A DNA stretch of 62,521 nt, filler included, from Choristocarpus tenellus KU-1152 (GCA_964200185.2; 11 parts of 11 records of this genome joined end to end with filler, not necessarily neighbours in it), one strand, 5' to 3'. Positions 11,687 through 23,987 are shown, counted from the whole stretch's first letter. Numbers and translations are program-made. The notes: generated by a model from the letters alone, not told the origin.

Positions 11687-13795
11687 ATGATGGATGCGTT
11701 CAGCGTACTTCGGGAAAGCAGAAAACGGGGCAATGCAACAAGAAAGAGACCTAACACGGAAGGTTCCATTTTGGGAGTTGGAAGTTTTACTAGCGCAAGA
11801 CGAGGATCCTCCTTCACAGAATGCCCTATCTGTGGAAAGTATGTCCATTCATCCCTTGTCGAAACTCATGTGGACAGATGCATAGTCTCGTCGGCTGGAA
11901 ACACGCAGAAGTCACCCTGCCCTACGAATATTTCTCCCTCCGTCCCTGACCTAACGACGAAAGCTACTAGAGGTTTGCCCCCCGATACTCAAGCCGCAAT
12001 CACTAGATCATCAGGGGATGTATTTTCCACCCTCATGGCCGCCTCTGCTCTTAGCAATTTCAAGGAGTATTTTTACCTTGTAGCAGAGGAGGACGGGACC
12101 TTTTCGTGGGGATGGGGCTCATCCAGAAATCCATCTTCTGCCAAGACCAATCAAACTCCTCAATGCTGGTCCTGCACGGTTACAAACAAGGGTCCCAAAG
12201 GCATCAGTACTGGAACATGCGAGCTATGGACCAACTTACCTCCTGCCACACCCACTGTGAGTGGTGGGAAGAACAACACCAATGTGATGCCCTCTGCAGG
12301 GCGACGTCTCTCACATCTCTCGGTCCCTGTCCTAAAGTCCATGATACAAAAGAACGTGCGACGGGGACTACCGGAGGCTTCTGTGCGTTGCTTCCTTGAA
12401 CTCGCCATCAAGAGCTGGAGTGATGCCATCCGAAGGCTCCTCGTGATCATTGTTGAAGACTCCATCCTTCATCCAGCAGCTGGCCTGGTGGCGTGGCTGA
12501 TGGTTGCCACTTCCAAAGGCTACACTCCTCCGCCGTCGCTTGTTGGCGCTGTGCTATGCATTGTCTACGAGACTACTGCGTGCCCCGTGCGGGATCCACT
12601 CATGTGTAACCCAGCAGGTCGCACCAGTCCTTTGCTCGACAGACCTCCACCCCACCCTAGGGACCTTCTACCAATGCATAACCAGGAAATCAAGAATGCT
12701 CAAAATTGTAAAGTGGACACTACAGGGAGCTCTAGGAGAGAGGCCATAGAAGATTCAATTGTTGGGAACGGTAGAGGAGAACAGAGAGCGGAGCGAGGAA
12801 CAGTTGACCCCGTGCGAACAGAAAGTGTGTGTGCTGCTGCCTGCTGCCTGCGAGCCCTGTTGATGCGCATGACCTATGGAGGGATGTCCTGTGATAAAGA
12901 CCTCATGCGCATGGGGTGCCTCGTGTGGGGAGAACGTTTTGGAAAACCTGTGGAGTGGGAACCGGGGAGGATGACCTGTGAATCGCCTAACAATCTGCAC
13001 GCACCTCAACCTCCCTCCCAGGAAGAAGTATCCCATGCCTTGGACCTGGTTCACAAGGTAAGTGGAGGAATCAGGGGCCAGGGAAAGGCAGAAGGCCCAC
13101 CAGATGACAAAAATCCTCCGTTTGGGTACATGCATGCATCGGCAAGAAGAGTATTAGGGAACGATAGCGGCTGGTTAGGGTTTCTGGCACAGGTACATGC
13201 AGGTGCGGGCATGCCCTCTGCCCTTTTCTCGTTCTTGATGCGTTGCATCCAAGGGGGCACATCCGAACATGGAAGTAGAGATAGAATGGAGAAGTCAGCA
13301 GTGATTGGGGTCGGAATTGAGGCAAAGAATGTTAGCAGTCCTTATTCCGGTAGGACAGGATCCATCATCAGGGAGGTGGATGCGGTCGCTAGTGGGGTTG
13401 ACTTTCACTGTACACCAATCCTGGATGATGTGCTAAGGTCACCAACTACATTAAGAAAGGTTGTGGCAGCCGTGGAGGCGACAACTGTCCAGACAGCTCC
13501 TGGGAGGGATGGGAACAATGGTAGCACTTGGAAGAATATCGAAGCAGTGAAGGCAGTGGTAAAGAGAGCAATGTGGACATGCTCCAGTGGTGTAAATAAT
13601 CGACCCCTGCAGTTAGTGCTAACTCCAACAGCGAACTTGGCAATGCAGGGGAGTCTGGAAGGGGTACCTGATAACCAGCAAGATGAGGCTTGCATAGCCG
13701 TGTGGGCTGCTGTTTCAAGAGAGATGCAGAGCTATGCTAAGGACCACATCAGCGCGAGGCTGTCGCTAGATGATAGGTGTCTAAGAGGAGGGTAG
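11687..13795 (+). CDS. Intronless 702-aa protein: UBZ4 zinc finger plus MgsA/RarA/WRNIP1 C-terminal-like helical domain, no recognisable AAA+ ATPase
   Basis: CPICGKYVHSSLVETHVDRC (UBZ4 C-x2-C...H-x3-C); 'LKSMIQKNVRRG...AIRRLLVIIVED' resembles MgsA 'SA+HKS+RG...RRL+..A.ED'; C-terminal DFHC and MW..SSGVN.R blocks. Confidence 0.85.
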   Translation: MMDAFSVLRESRKRGNATRKRPNTEGSILGVGSFTSARRGSSFTECPICGKYVHSSLVETHVDRCIVSSAGNTQKSPCPTNISPSVPDLTTKATRGLPPDTQAAITRSSGDVFSTLMAASALSNFKEYFYLVAEEDGTFSWGWGSSRNPSSAKTNQTPQCWSCTVTNKGPKGISTGTCELWTNLPPATPTVSGGKNNTNVMPSAGRRLSHLSVPVLKSMIQKNVRRGLPEASVRCFLELAIKSWSDAIRRLLVIIVEDSILHPAAGLVAWLMVATSKGYTPPPSLVGAVLCIVYETTACPVRDPLMCNPAGRTSPLLDRPPPHPRDLLPMHNQEIKNAQNCKVDTTGSSRREAIEDSIVGNGRGEQRAERGTVDPVRTESVCAAACCLRALLMRMTYGGMSCDKDLMRMGCLVWGERFGKPVEWEPGRMTCESPNNLHAPQPPSQEEVSHALDLVHKVSGGIRGQGKAEGPPDDKNPPFGYMHASARRVLGNDSGWLGFLAQVHAGAGMPSALFSFLMRCIQGGTSEHGSRDRMEKSAVIGVGIEAKNVSSPYSGRTGSIIREVDAVASGVDFHCTPILDDVLRSPTTLRKVVAAVEATTVQTAPGRDGNNGSTWKNIEAVKAVVKRAMWTCSSGVNNRPLQLVLTPTANLAMQGSLEGVPDNQQDEACIAVWAAVSREMQSYAKDHISARLSLDDRCLRGG

Positions 13796-15039
13796 GTTGG
13801 GAGAACTCTGAGTGCATTTTCAAGTGTTCATTGTGGCTACTGCATTATTTTACATTCTACTGAGTAGAGAGAGGGCAGTGGCCTAAATTACTTCAGTTTG
13901 TCAGTGTGATTTCGCAGCACTGAGAGGGATATCCTTGTCCCTCTTATGGAGATCTGAAACATTTCTTATTCACAGTAGTTCCATGTGCAGAAACATGTAT
14001 TATTTTGCATCTAAGTCAATGCCGTAAGGAGAAGACCGAAATCCAGAATTTCCTTGACCTTGGTCCTTGCACCAAAAGCGTGTCAACTGGCGAACAAAGC
14101 ATACCCAATCCCCCATAAATGGCACAACCTATGCCTTTCATTGGCTCACAGGTTAGCCCACATTGTTGACAAGATACAAAGTAGGCACCCTTCGCCCTCT
14201 GCTATTACCATATTACCAGATGCCACTCCCATTTTGTGTACATTTTGAGACAATTGGTGTAAAATAAATTTTTTTTTGTATTGCTGGAGATGGACTCACT
14301 GTTTCGTTTCATATCTATTCTCGAAAATGTGCTTGCATTTTTTCTTTCAACTACTGCTTGTGTATTCATTGCCCCAATGGTAAACCATTTCGTGTTGACC
14401 ATAGTTACATGCAGGCAGGCAAGCCTCCAAACATTACTTCTCTGTAAGCATATTTTTGTCAATGTCAGCTCAAGAGTTAGTAATTTAAGTCCATAGTGAG
14501 AGTTTCAACAGGAGAGTATGAACAAGCCCCAAAAGCAGGGACTAATTCTAACCCTCAGTCTTGATCAATGTAGGCTAACCTATTTCTCCTATCATTACAT
14601 ACTGCTTGTCTTCCAATTAACGCACACATTCTACTACACACAGAAGAATACGGAAAATAATAGTAAGGCTGCAAAAGGATACACCGTGCGGATTTCTGTG
14701 AGAAAGGTAAATTGCCTGTTAGATGTGCAGTGTGCGTTCTCCAAGTATCCAAAAAGGAAACAAAAAAATTAGCATAAATACACCACCACCGTACAGTGGA
14801 CAAGCCTGCTTCTATTCCATTGCAGTTTGTAGACTCAGATGAAGTGCCTTCAGTGAGCAGCCATGGGTACAAGTCTAATAAACTGATCCAGCCTCCTTAA
14901 TCCTTGACCATTTCAGCAGGACCAGTAGCATGTACTTCATCAATTGTCCCAGTCTACAGTTCCTAATGAACTAGACTCTTGAGAAATCTGCCAGAGACTT
15001 GGGAACACCACCACAGGATGCCAACTTCCTCTCTCCATG

Positions 15040-16563
15040 CTATGTTTTTTGGTCATTCTCCCCCTCCAAGTCCACCTTGGCCTTTATTTTTTCCTCAAGT
15101 AGGTCTCTCAGATGCTGGAGTGGCCCCTCTGCCTCTTGAATCTGCAATGCCCACGCCTTGGCACTCAACTCTCCCTCATTCACCCCCTCTTTATCACTAC
15201 TATCAGAACCTTCAGATGACGATGTAGAGAATGAACTGGAAGAGGAATGGGAAGGAGAGACGGGTACTTGCTCAACATCATTCTTCCGAAACTTCTGGTG
15301 CCCTTCCCCACCGTCATTTTCTTGACCCCACCCCCCATGCTCTCTCTTGTTGTCCTTGGACTCTTTGTGCCGACCCTTCTTGGACTTCTTCCCTTTGCTC
15401 TCCTTATACTTCGCCCTCCGCCCCTCTCCATCCTCACTCTCAGAGTTGTCTCTTCTGTGCTCTCCATTTTTCCCTCTCTTCTTCTTGTCCTTCTTCTTCA
15501 TAACTTTTCCTTTGGGTTCCTCCTCTTCAGAGAAAGTGTGGTTGCCACCTGCTTCAGTCCCCCTCCCTCTCTCGGCTGATTTTCTTTCTTTTTTCTCCTC
15601 CTTGGACTTTTTCGATTTTGATCTTTTCTTAGATTTCTTCTTTCTCTTTCGACGGTCCTTTTTCCTCCTTACTTCATCCTCCACACTCCTCTTCTCTTCA
15701 AGAGAAACCTCTCTATGTCGTTTCTTACCAGCCCCTCTTCCTCCAGTAGGGGCTTGGCGCATAGTCATATCCACTACCCGCCCATCTTCATCTGTCGTCC
15801 TTGTTGTACGTTGCCGAACAACACTCCTGTGCTGGTACCCCACTCCCACCTGATCCCGGATCAAAAATAAGGGGCAATCATAGTGTTTACTGATCAGACA
15901 ACTTGTGTTCAACGATTCGCAAACATCAGCACATGGAGCGCTTGTCACTACACCTGACACACAGTGAAATTTCACTTGGCGTACAGTGACACTTCACCAC
16001 TACAAGAGGAAAATAATGTATTGATTTCTTACTAGCTCAATTTCATTTCAGCAATTGAGGGTATCAGTTTTGCAAACAGTGCATCAAAAATGGCCAATCC
16101 ATTTTGCTCTCCTTCCCCTGCGAAGAGTGCTCCAGCAGTGCGTGACCATATATAATACGGAGGGTAACAAACAGCAGTGTACCTTTGTATTAAAAAACTG
16201 ATTGCGGTCCACGATGCAGGCATCTCGATCCACCTCGGTCTCCCTGTCCCTCGTCCTACCTTCCCTCACCATCTCCATCTCTGAGACGGTGAAAGATTGA
16301 GAAGCACGTAAATATGAGCAATATCACTAAGTATTGATTAAATTAAGCTTGTGACAAAGACTATCAGACACAAGAACCTCTGGAACGAGAGATGTCGATC
16401 CCCCACCCATTCTGAGCCCTGCAGGTGCATTGTCCATCATGTGTTGAAGGGTCAAGTGCCCGGCATCGCTGTCACTGCCGCTGCTGCTGCCATCGTCACT
16501 GTGCTCACGGGCAAGGACTCTGTTCAGGAGGGCTGAAGGTCTAGGAGGATTTCTCGAGGGCAT
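15040..16563 (-). CDS. Three-exon Lys/Glu-rich hypothetical nuclear protein (exons about 16563-16378, 16278-16183, 15849-15040)
   Basis: MPSRNPPRP...LVPE | MEMVREG...NQFFNTK | VGVGYQHRS...; GT-AG boundaries; KK-rich low-complexity tail. Confidence 0.65.
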
Positions 16564-16785
16564 TTTTTCACCTCGAAGCAAGTCAAGAGTCCAGTTAGGT
16601 TTTGTAAATTGATCCAATGAAGTGTTCCAAATAGGTGCGAGGCGTGACGATCTACATAAAAGATTGTAACAAGATTGCAAAGGTGACACATCAAAATTCA
16701 ACCGTGAGAGATCGATTTACAACCTGAGTCGGGGGAAGAAGCGTGACAGTGGAAAGGGAGAAAAGAGAGAAATAGGAAGAATATA

Positions 16786-19167
16786 ATGAAGTATGGGCAA
16801 GAGCGAAGATGCAGAAAGGAGAGGAGAAGAAGGGCTATGGTGACGGGGTCGCTTGCCCTACTCTACTCTGTGGCAATTCCCGTAGATTCCTTTCCACAGA
16901 TCTCCCCTCTGCAACGAGAGTATGTTCTTTCCAATGGATTCTTGGAATACGCTCGGTTTATCAATGCCGGCACTGGAATAAACGGTGTATCAGGTAGTTG
17001 TGCGTCAATTAGTAGGATGGGGAGAGTGCGTCACAGGCCAAACGATTCCCCAGTTCAACAGAGCGTTTTGAGGGCTAATGTAGCTGACATTGAGGGAATT
17101 CCTTCACCCATTACATCTGGAACACCGGTTATTGATGAGGGCGAGGAGATTTGTCGTCGACTTGGCCTCATTGCCCACTCAGTCGTTGCAGGTGGACAAG
17201 ACGTGTGCGTGCGTGTGGCGACCCTCCAGGACTATCGCGGGATCGCCGACCTTCGATTCAACGTTTTTGCGCCTTATCATCCGAGCCTTAGGTACAGATT
17301 TCGCGATCGAAGTTCCGTACTCATGGCTGAGCGACGACGACGAGGAGCTTTTTGTCTTGTAGCGGAGATGGAGGGAGAGCCGGCTGGGTCGGAGATGGGG
17401 CTAGTGCAGGATAGGGTGCTAGGAACTTTGGAATGTTCTAAGCACGAATTTATTGGCACTGCGCTTGACCCCGGAGATACCATCTCTCGGTGAGGAAGAG
17501 GAATGAGAGACACTTTCATATCTCGTGTAGTTTGAGATTGGGCAAAACTACGATTGCAAACACAGCTGTTTGACAACTTTTCTATAACAGCATACATTGC
17601 ACAAGCATAATCCAGTGGTTCATACTTGCAGTGACTATCTGTTTCCTAGTTCTCTTCTTACCTTAAGTGCATTATCGTCCGCTCCCTATGATATGTCTTG
17701 TGCCCCATCCGATTCCCCCCCCCCTTTCGCACGCAAGGATCTACCTCACTGAGGTGGCTGTTCGGGAGGACTGCCGCCGAATGGGGATTGGTACATACCT
17801 GCTAAATTTTGTGGATGACGTGGCATTAAAACTGGGTGCCTCAGAGGTATATAGCCATGATGCCCTGTGCTTCGGAAGTAGAAGGTCATTGTGGCAATTA
17901 GTGTTTCATGGTAACAGTCATTTTGGAGGTGTTTAGGTGGTCAGGCAAGGTTGAAAATGGCACATCCAAGCTTTTCAATACCGCAAATCATGACGTAGTG
18001 CGGAGCTGAATCCTTTTGAACGTGATGAAGAGCTTCTAATCTCCATTGGGGCTCCCAGTTTTGCCCATACCCGTCACTGTCAGGGATTATCCATTTTTTG
18101 CCTCTCCTTTCAAAATGACCTGTATTTTTTTGTGTTTTTATCATCATCATCATCGTCATCATCATATCCATTTGCACTTTAGTCTGGGACTAGGAATCTA
18201 GCTCGACCCCACCTAGGCCTGTACCCATGGTTTGAGTCACGGCAAACTGTTGCACCATGACTACTTTCACTGCCTTGTGCATGCCGTGCATTTTTTTCCT
18301 GTGTTGGGTCCAGTGATCGCACCATTCACCAGTCTACCACCTCCCTCAAGTCCTTAGCAGCATTTGCTTGGCTACATTAAACTCTTTCCACCATGATCAA
18401 GGTTTCTGTGTTGTTTTTTGCGGTTTCACTACATGTAGAAAAGGGTACGGGTGTACCTTTCTGGTGTCCTTGCATTGTCCATCAAAACAAGTTCCCCTGA
18501 AAATGATACATATATATATATATATATACATGCATAACACCAAATCGGTTTGAAACAATGCATTCCTTTGACAAAAGGTGGTAGACTACCTCTGAGCTAA
18601 TACAACCTCTTGACTGAATGTACCGAGGTCCCAACCCCACCAAGGAAGTGCCCTTTGACATAGCTATTGTGGAATTCAGAAAAACAGTGCTTTTTTTTAC
18701 TTGCACATCGATATTTGAGGGTGTTTCTGAAACAAAAAGCTGTCCTTCAGTTGCTCTGGTTCTAGAGGCTAACCCTCGCCCCCTTGGCATCCAATCTTAT
18801 TACCTCTTTCCTTTCCCCACCAAGCTAAACATCTTGATACGTACTGCCTACCCCTCCTTTGTGCTTGGTAAAGCAGGCAACGCAGTAAAAGAAATAGGCA
18901 TTGATTATCAACTCTTTCCGTTCCCTGCTCCCACAGGTCTTCCTCCATGTGAACGAGCTCAACAATCAGGCCTTAAACCTCTACTCCAAGTGTGGGTACA
19001 TTGAGGCCTCAGGCCGACCAGAGTATGCAGCTTTCACTTCCAGCCTTGGACTGGGTGGCAGTGGCTTTTCAGGTCAAAAGCACTACCTCCTACGCAAGGC
19101 AGTTGGAAGTGTAGGGACAGGGCCTGGTGGGGAGGGGGTGGGAAATGTCCCTACACATGCAGCGTGA
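16786..19167 (+). CDS. GNAT-family N-acetyltransferase, probably plastid-targeted; exons 16786-17489, 17738-17846, 18937-19167
   Basis: In-phase joins give 'RIYLTEVAVREDCRRMGIGTYLL' (motif A, R-R-x-G-I-G) and 'VFLHVNELNNQALNLYSKCGY' (motif B); hydrophobic N-terminus ending 'VDSFP'. Confidence 0.88.
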
Positions 19168-20273
19168 GCTTTTGGTGAGAGAGGTGTGTCATCATAGTGC
19201 AGGGGAGGGCAGACCATCCTTCTGCCACCACCACCACTACCACCGGGTCTCTCTTGTGCAGACCCTTAGCACCTTGTACATTTGTGGGTATTGCTTTTTA
19301 CACCGTACTTTTTTCTTTGTTGCTGTTAGAGGTGTTCCTATCATATTGACTTATTGTTGCAAAGCATTGCAAGCGACCCTGTCTGTAGTTCTTGAGCAGC
19401 TTTTAAAGAAATGATGCAGATCCACACCAGAGCAAAGCTCGCTCCTCCCCCCCCCCCCCCCCCCCCCCCCTCACGCACCTGCNNNNNNNNNNNNNNNNNN
19501 NNNNNNNNNNNNNNNNNNNNNNNNNNTTAATTAATTAANNNNNNNNNNNNNNNNNNNNNNNNNNNNNNNNNNNNNNNNNNNNCCCCCACCCCCCGATACA
19601 AACTTTAATCATTAAGAAGAGTAAAATCAGACAATAACCTAGAAAGCATAATTCAGATAAGCAAATTTTTATAATGAAAGATGACGATATAATCATATAT
19701 ACAAGTACAAATCTCTTTGTCAAAATCTAATCTTTTTTATCACTCGTTGGATTGTGGTTTAGAGCAGACCTTCCGAAAAAAGATTAGAGTGATGGCGCAA
19801 GCTGGCGGAAGTGGGGCAACACAATACAAAAGAAGGAATACAAAAGAAGGAATAAGAAAGATGTTGGTTTATTGCAGAAGGCACCAATTATCAAAATGTA
19901 GTCTCTTTAAAAAACAAAAAAGAAAGTAGCACGTTGGCCAGGAAAAGCCTGACCATGGTGGACGATTGCCTAAAAAAAAATGGAAGCCAGAACAACTCCG
20001 GGAAGAATTCTGGAACATTTTGTTTGTTTTTTAAAGCAAAATCTTTTACTGGCGACTGACTGGTCCGGGCTTTTTCAACGCGATCGTACTTTCACTTTTT
20101 GATTTTTGTAACATTTGACCAACTTTTTACACAAAATAGTTGCAAACCGAATCGATGTGCATTAAGGCAATCAAAAAATTGCAAACATTGCAAACATTGT
20201 GTATGCTGGATCAACAACCAGAACTCCACACCTCAAAAAATATCATCACACCTCAATGAGAGTGTAACTGATA

Positions 20274-20281
20274 ATATAATA

Positions 20282-20312
<31 letters not shown>

Positions 20313-20330
20313 TAGAATAATAATAATAAT
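20274..20330. repeat. (AAT)n microsatellite; a (TTA)n tract also lies at 22141-22169
   Basis: Direct observation. Confidence 0.9.
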
Positions 20331-20530
20331 GACAATATAAATCATTACTAATAACAGTATCACAAAAAAGGCAAAAATAAGTAGACCTTGTTTGCAATAT
20401 ATAACCGCTGCCTGCCCACCTTTAGTATTGTTTGCAATACTACATACAACCACGATCAACCACGACTAACAATGCAGGGTGTTCCACAACTCGCAGCTGC
20501 TTTCCTGTTGCATCCTTTTTTTTTTCACAC

Positions 20531-22138
20531 CTGACATTGGCCATAGCGCTATTGATGTTATGATTCTTAGAACGAGCTTCGATGTGGAAGTTTCCCGGAA
20601 CACGATTCACCATGATAAAGCCAGACACTTGGCAGCCTGGGTAGTCTTGGGCAATTCGCCGGTATCTGCAGCAAAGGGTTATGGTAATGTAAGTGTGTCA
20701 CAGATATTGATCCCATAGAAATGACCTGCTACAAAATGGCAGCTGAGGAGGGGTGGGGGGGGATCCGGACTACTCAAGTAGATCACTGTGTGCAATTGAA
20801 TATAGGCCGCACCAGCCTTGGAAGGGAATCTTAGATTCCGCATACTTCTTACACATAAGTGATGCCTCCAGAATACAAGTATGACGCTGCATCATTCACT
20901 CTTACATGTGTGGAATCTTAGATTCCATTTACTGCTGGCACATAAAAGACGCCTCAAACACACAAGCCGGACACCGTATCAGTTACTCTTTCATGTGTGG
21001 AATCTGAGATTCTAATTACTACTAACTAGCACACGAAAGATGCCTCAAAATACAAGCCGCACGCACTAGTAGTTAATGGAGGTATGACATCTCTGCATAC
21101 ACCAAAATAATACATAAAAAGACAGAAGGTGAAGGTATCCCTGTGACCAATTCGCCCCTTTTTTTAAAAAAAAAAAGGTCACTTCCAAAACAACCACTCT
21201 GCCCCTTGTCTTGCCAGTCTCCTTCCTCACTTCTTTAGGACCTGCTCGTTCTTCCCAATAGTGGCAGAGCTGAACTCCATGAATGCTTGCACCGACCGAT
21301 CCTTCCTATAGTCTGCCGGTTCTGCCTTGCCCCCCTTGAAGAATCTGATTGTGGGAAACGCCTTGAGGTTCTGCTGACTACACAGAATAGTTTCGACCAC
21401 GCAGTCCACCTTCCGTGACAACCAAAGAGTAAGAAAGTAAGAAAATAATAAATAATATTTATTCATGTTGATTTTTGAAAAGGTCCAAAGACCACAACAT
21501 AATTCCAGTCAACAGATGGGACCATGGGGTGTAGCAAGGGTTATCACCCGGATGGGACCATTGGGGTGGGGTGGGGGTTACCTACTTCCATTCATGGAGT
21601 CCACTCAAGTGTGCAATGAATCACAACTATCAAGAATGAAGTGGTGCAAACAAGTTATTCGACTCTAAACCTAAACCAATACTATGAAACATGAGTAGTA
21701 TTGGTAGTTAGCATGTACTGATCCTCTATGCAGAGACCAACTACAATGCAGCTCTTACTATTGCAGTACCAGATAATTATTCTCATTATCCATAGTTCTT
21801 CCCCCTTTCCTAAACCATTGAGCATTCACCTGTGAACTCTTCTAGCCATGTGCCCTTCTCAACACTCTCACTAACACAAGTCCTTCACAAACTCCCATTG
21901 GTCAGAAGAGAGGGTAGGGCCCACCTCTACACAACATAGAACTCTGGTAGTACTATACTGGAAAAACGACTTATTATTTGAGAGGTACAAAACACTGATA
22001 CAACAGCTGTCAACCCAAGTCGCCTTCCAACACTCTATCAGAACCCCAAACTCTTCGACAAACAAAGACATACCATACATTGACACCATCTACCACTCAG
22101 AGGAGTGCTTGCAATATCTGTGACCTTCATTGTCCGAA

Positions 22139-22169
<31 letters not shown>

Positions 22170-23024
22170 GGTGCTCAAACAACAGAGTTAATATTATTCC
22201 AAAAAAAAATATTGTTCATTTTAAAACACACCCACCTGCTCTTCAAATCTGTGTCAGTAGTAGTGCACTAACTCCGTTTCAACAACCCCGGGTCTACTTA
22301 TCCTCCAGGGCAACAGGACTCTAGGTACGGTTTTGTAGTTGTGACCATGGTCAAGGGTTGGCAGGGGTTGGCACGCACAAAAACTGCAACAACAGCTCAT
22401 CTCGACAAAGAGTGATGTAAAACAACACCCAAATAAACCAATGTTCTTACAATTGTTGAACAGCACGCCTTCCATCCCCACCCAAACCTGTTCAAACTGT
22501 AGAGTACAGAGAGCTCATACCAGCAACAACTAAATAAATCTGCACCTGCTAATGCAGGCAAGTCCCTCTGTCCCATGAGGTGGGTAAGATGCTCTCAACA
22601 ACTGACAACCCTCAGAGAGGGCAGCTTCCAACTCCCATGTACATCATCATCATCTAACACACACTCTACAAGAGGGCAATACTGGTCAGTCAACTATTGG
22701 AATAACACCACTCTCAAGAATATCAAAACTGCCAATTACTACAACAAAGGCCATGTGTGTCACTCCAAACACACACACAATGATCAAAACACTACAAAAA
22801 AGTATATCCCACCTTGTTCTAGGAGTCCACCACAAAGAAATACCAAAAAGGGGAGACAAATGAAACTATCAATACAGTCCTAGCCTACGCATCCTACCTT
22901 CTTTTGTTCTGTTAATGACACATACCTTAGCAACTCTAAGGTCTGGAAGGCCAACCTCTGCTCTCTCAGCAAAAGCCTCCCATGTAGGTGCAAGCTTCAG
23001 GCACCAAGAACACCATGGAGCATA
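20531..23024 (-). CDS. Partial PDI-C / ERGIC (Erv41/Erv46-like) protein with embedded thioredoxin domain; exons 23024-22926, 21409-21231, 20665-20531
   Basis: In-phase exons: YAPWCSWCLKLAPTWE..RVAK | VDC..LCSQQNLKAFPTIRFF..DRSVQAF | PGCQVSGFIMVNRVPGNFHIEARS (COPII-coated ERV domain motif). Confidence 0.9.
20826..21067. repeat. Intronic minisatellite of three ~86-bp units, each starting with the palindrome GGAATCT-T-AGATTCC
   Basis: Units begin at 20826, 20912 and 20999. Confidence 0.85.
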
Positions 23025-23905
23025 CTGCCAGTTGAGACATCAATATCAGGTTAGGGGGAGGAGAATCAAAGGGTTACAGAGATAAGAGAAAAGAAGGGTT
23101 GCCACATAGGCTGTTGGTAAATCTAGATTCCCTTCAACTTCTCCTAACTGAAATGAATAACTCCTTCACCCCCACCCCCCCCCACACACACAAGCCCAGC
23201 TGCTCTCTACTCCAAGTCCATTGATTTCATTCCCACTCCTGAGCATAGTACCAAAGATATCCAAAAAATATGTTCATATTCTTGATTATGAACCCAAATC
23301 AGAGATTGTGTCAACGAGATATGTAGGGATTGGTGAAACGGTATGACATAATTAAAAACATACCAACAATACACACATATACCACTGACAATTTCGTTTT
23401 TGGTACCTGGCTCCTGATGATCACAACACACTGGCTCTATTACATCCAAGCTTGAAGAAGCAACACTCTACTGCCTGCACAAATGGGAACTTGACTTTGA
23501 CTTGACGTAAGGATAACCGCCTCCAAAATTATACAAATGGACCATTCAACCAGAGAGGAAGCGACAAGCTGAGACAAATACAAGTGAGCCCCTCTCATCA
23601 TCATTAAACCTAAACCAAACAAGATGAGGCAATGAGGTACAGCACACTCCAGAGTATATGTAAATGCTACAAAGAGCTGGTGGGACAACAACAAACAGGC
23701 ATAGCAGTCCACTATTAGTGCAAATTTAGGAAATGAAAAAGGGCTGACGCACGTGGGGGGGGGGGGGGGGAGGAAAAAAAAAAGGAAAAAAAATGTCATG
23801 GGGCTNNNNNNNNNNNNNNNNNNNNNNNNNNNNNNNNNNNNNNNNNNNNTTAATTAATTAANNNNNNNNNNNNNNNNNNNNNNNNNNNNNNNNNNNNNNN
23901 NNNNN

Positions 23906-23987
23906 CAAACCACCCAAAAATGGGGAAAATTTTTTTTTGACCCCAAAAGGACCCCCCCCCCCCCCCCCCCCCCCAGATACTTTGAGC
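23906..23987. mobile_element. MITE family B, 3' half at contig start
   Basis: caaaccacccaaaaa...ccccagatactttgagc. Confidence 0.75.

Noticed and set aside
10561-15853. Long antisense or alternative-frame ORFs (10561-11136, 10688-10942, 15347-15853; also 5464-6108)
   Set aside because: Shadows of low-complexity coding sequence in another frame or strand.
20826-21067. CRISPR-like array
   Set aside because: The intervening sequences are homologous to one another, there are only three units, it lies in a eukaryotic intron, and no cas genes are present.
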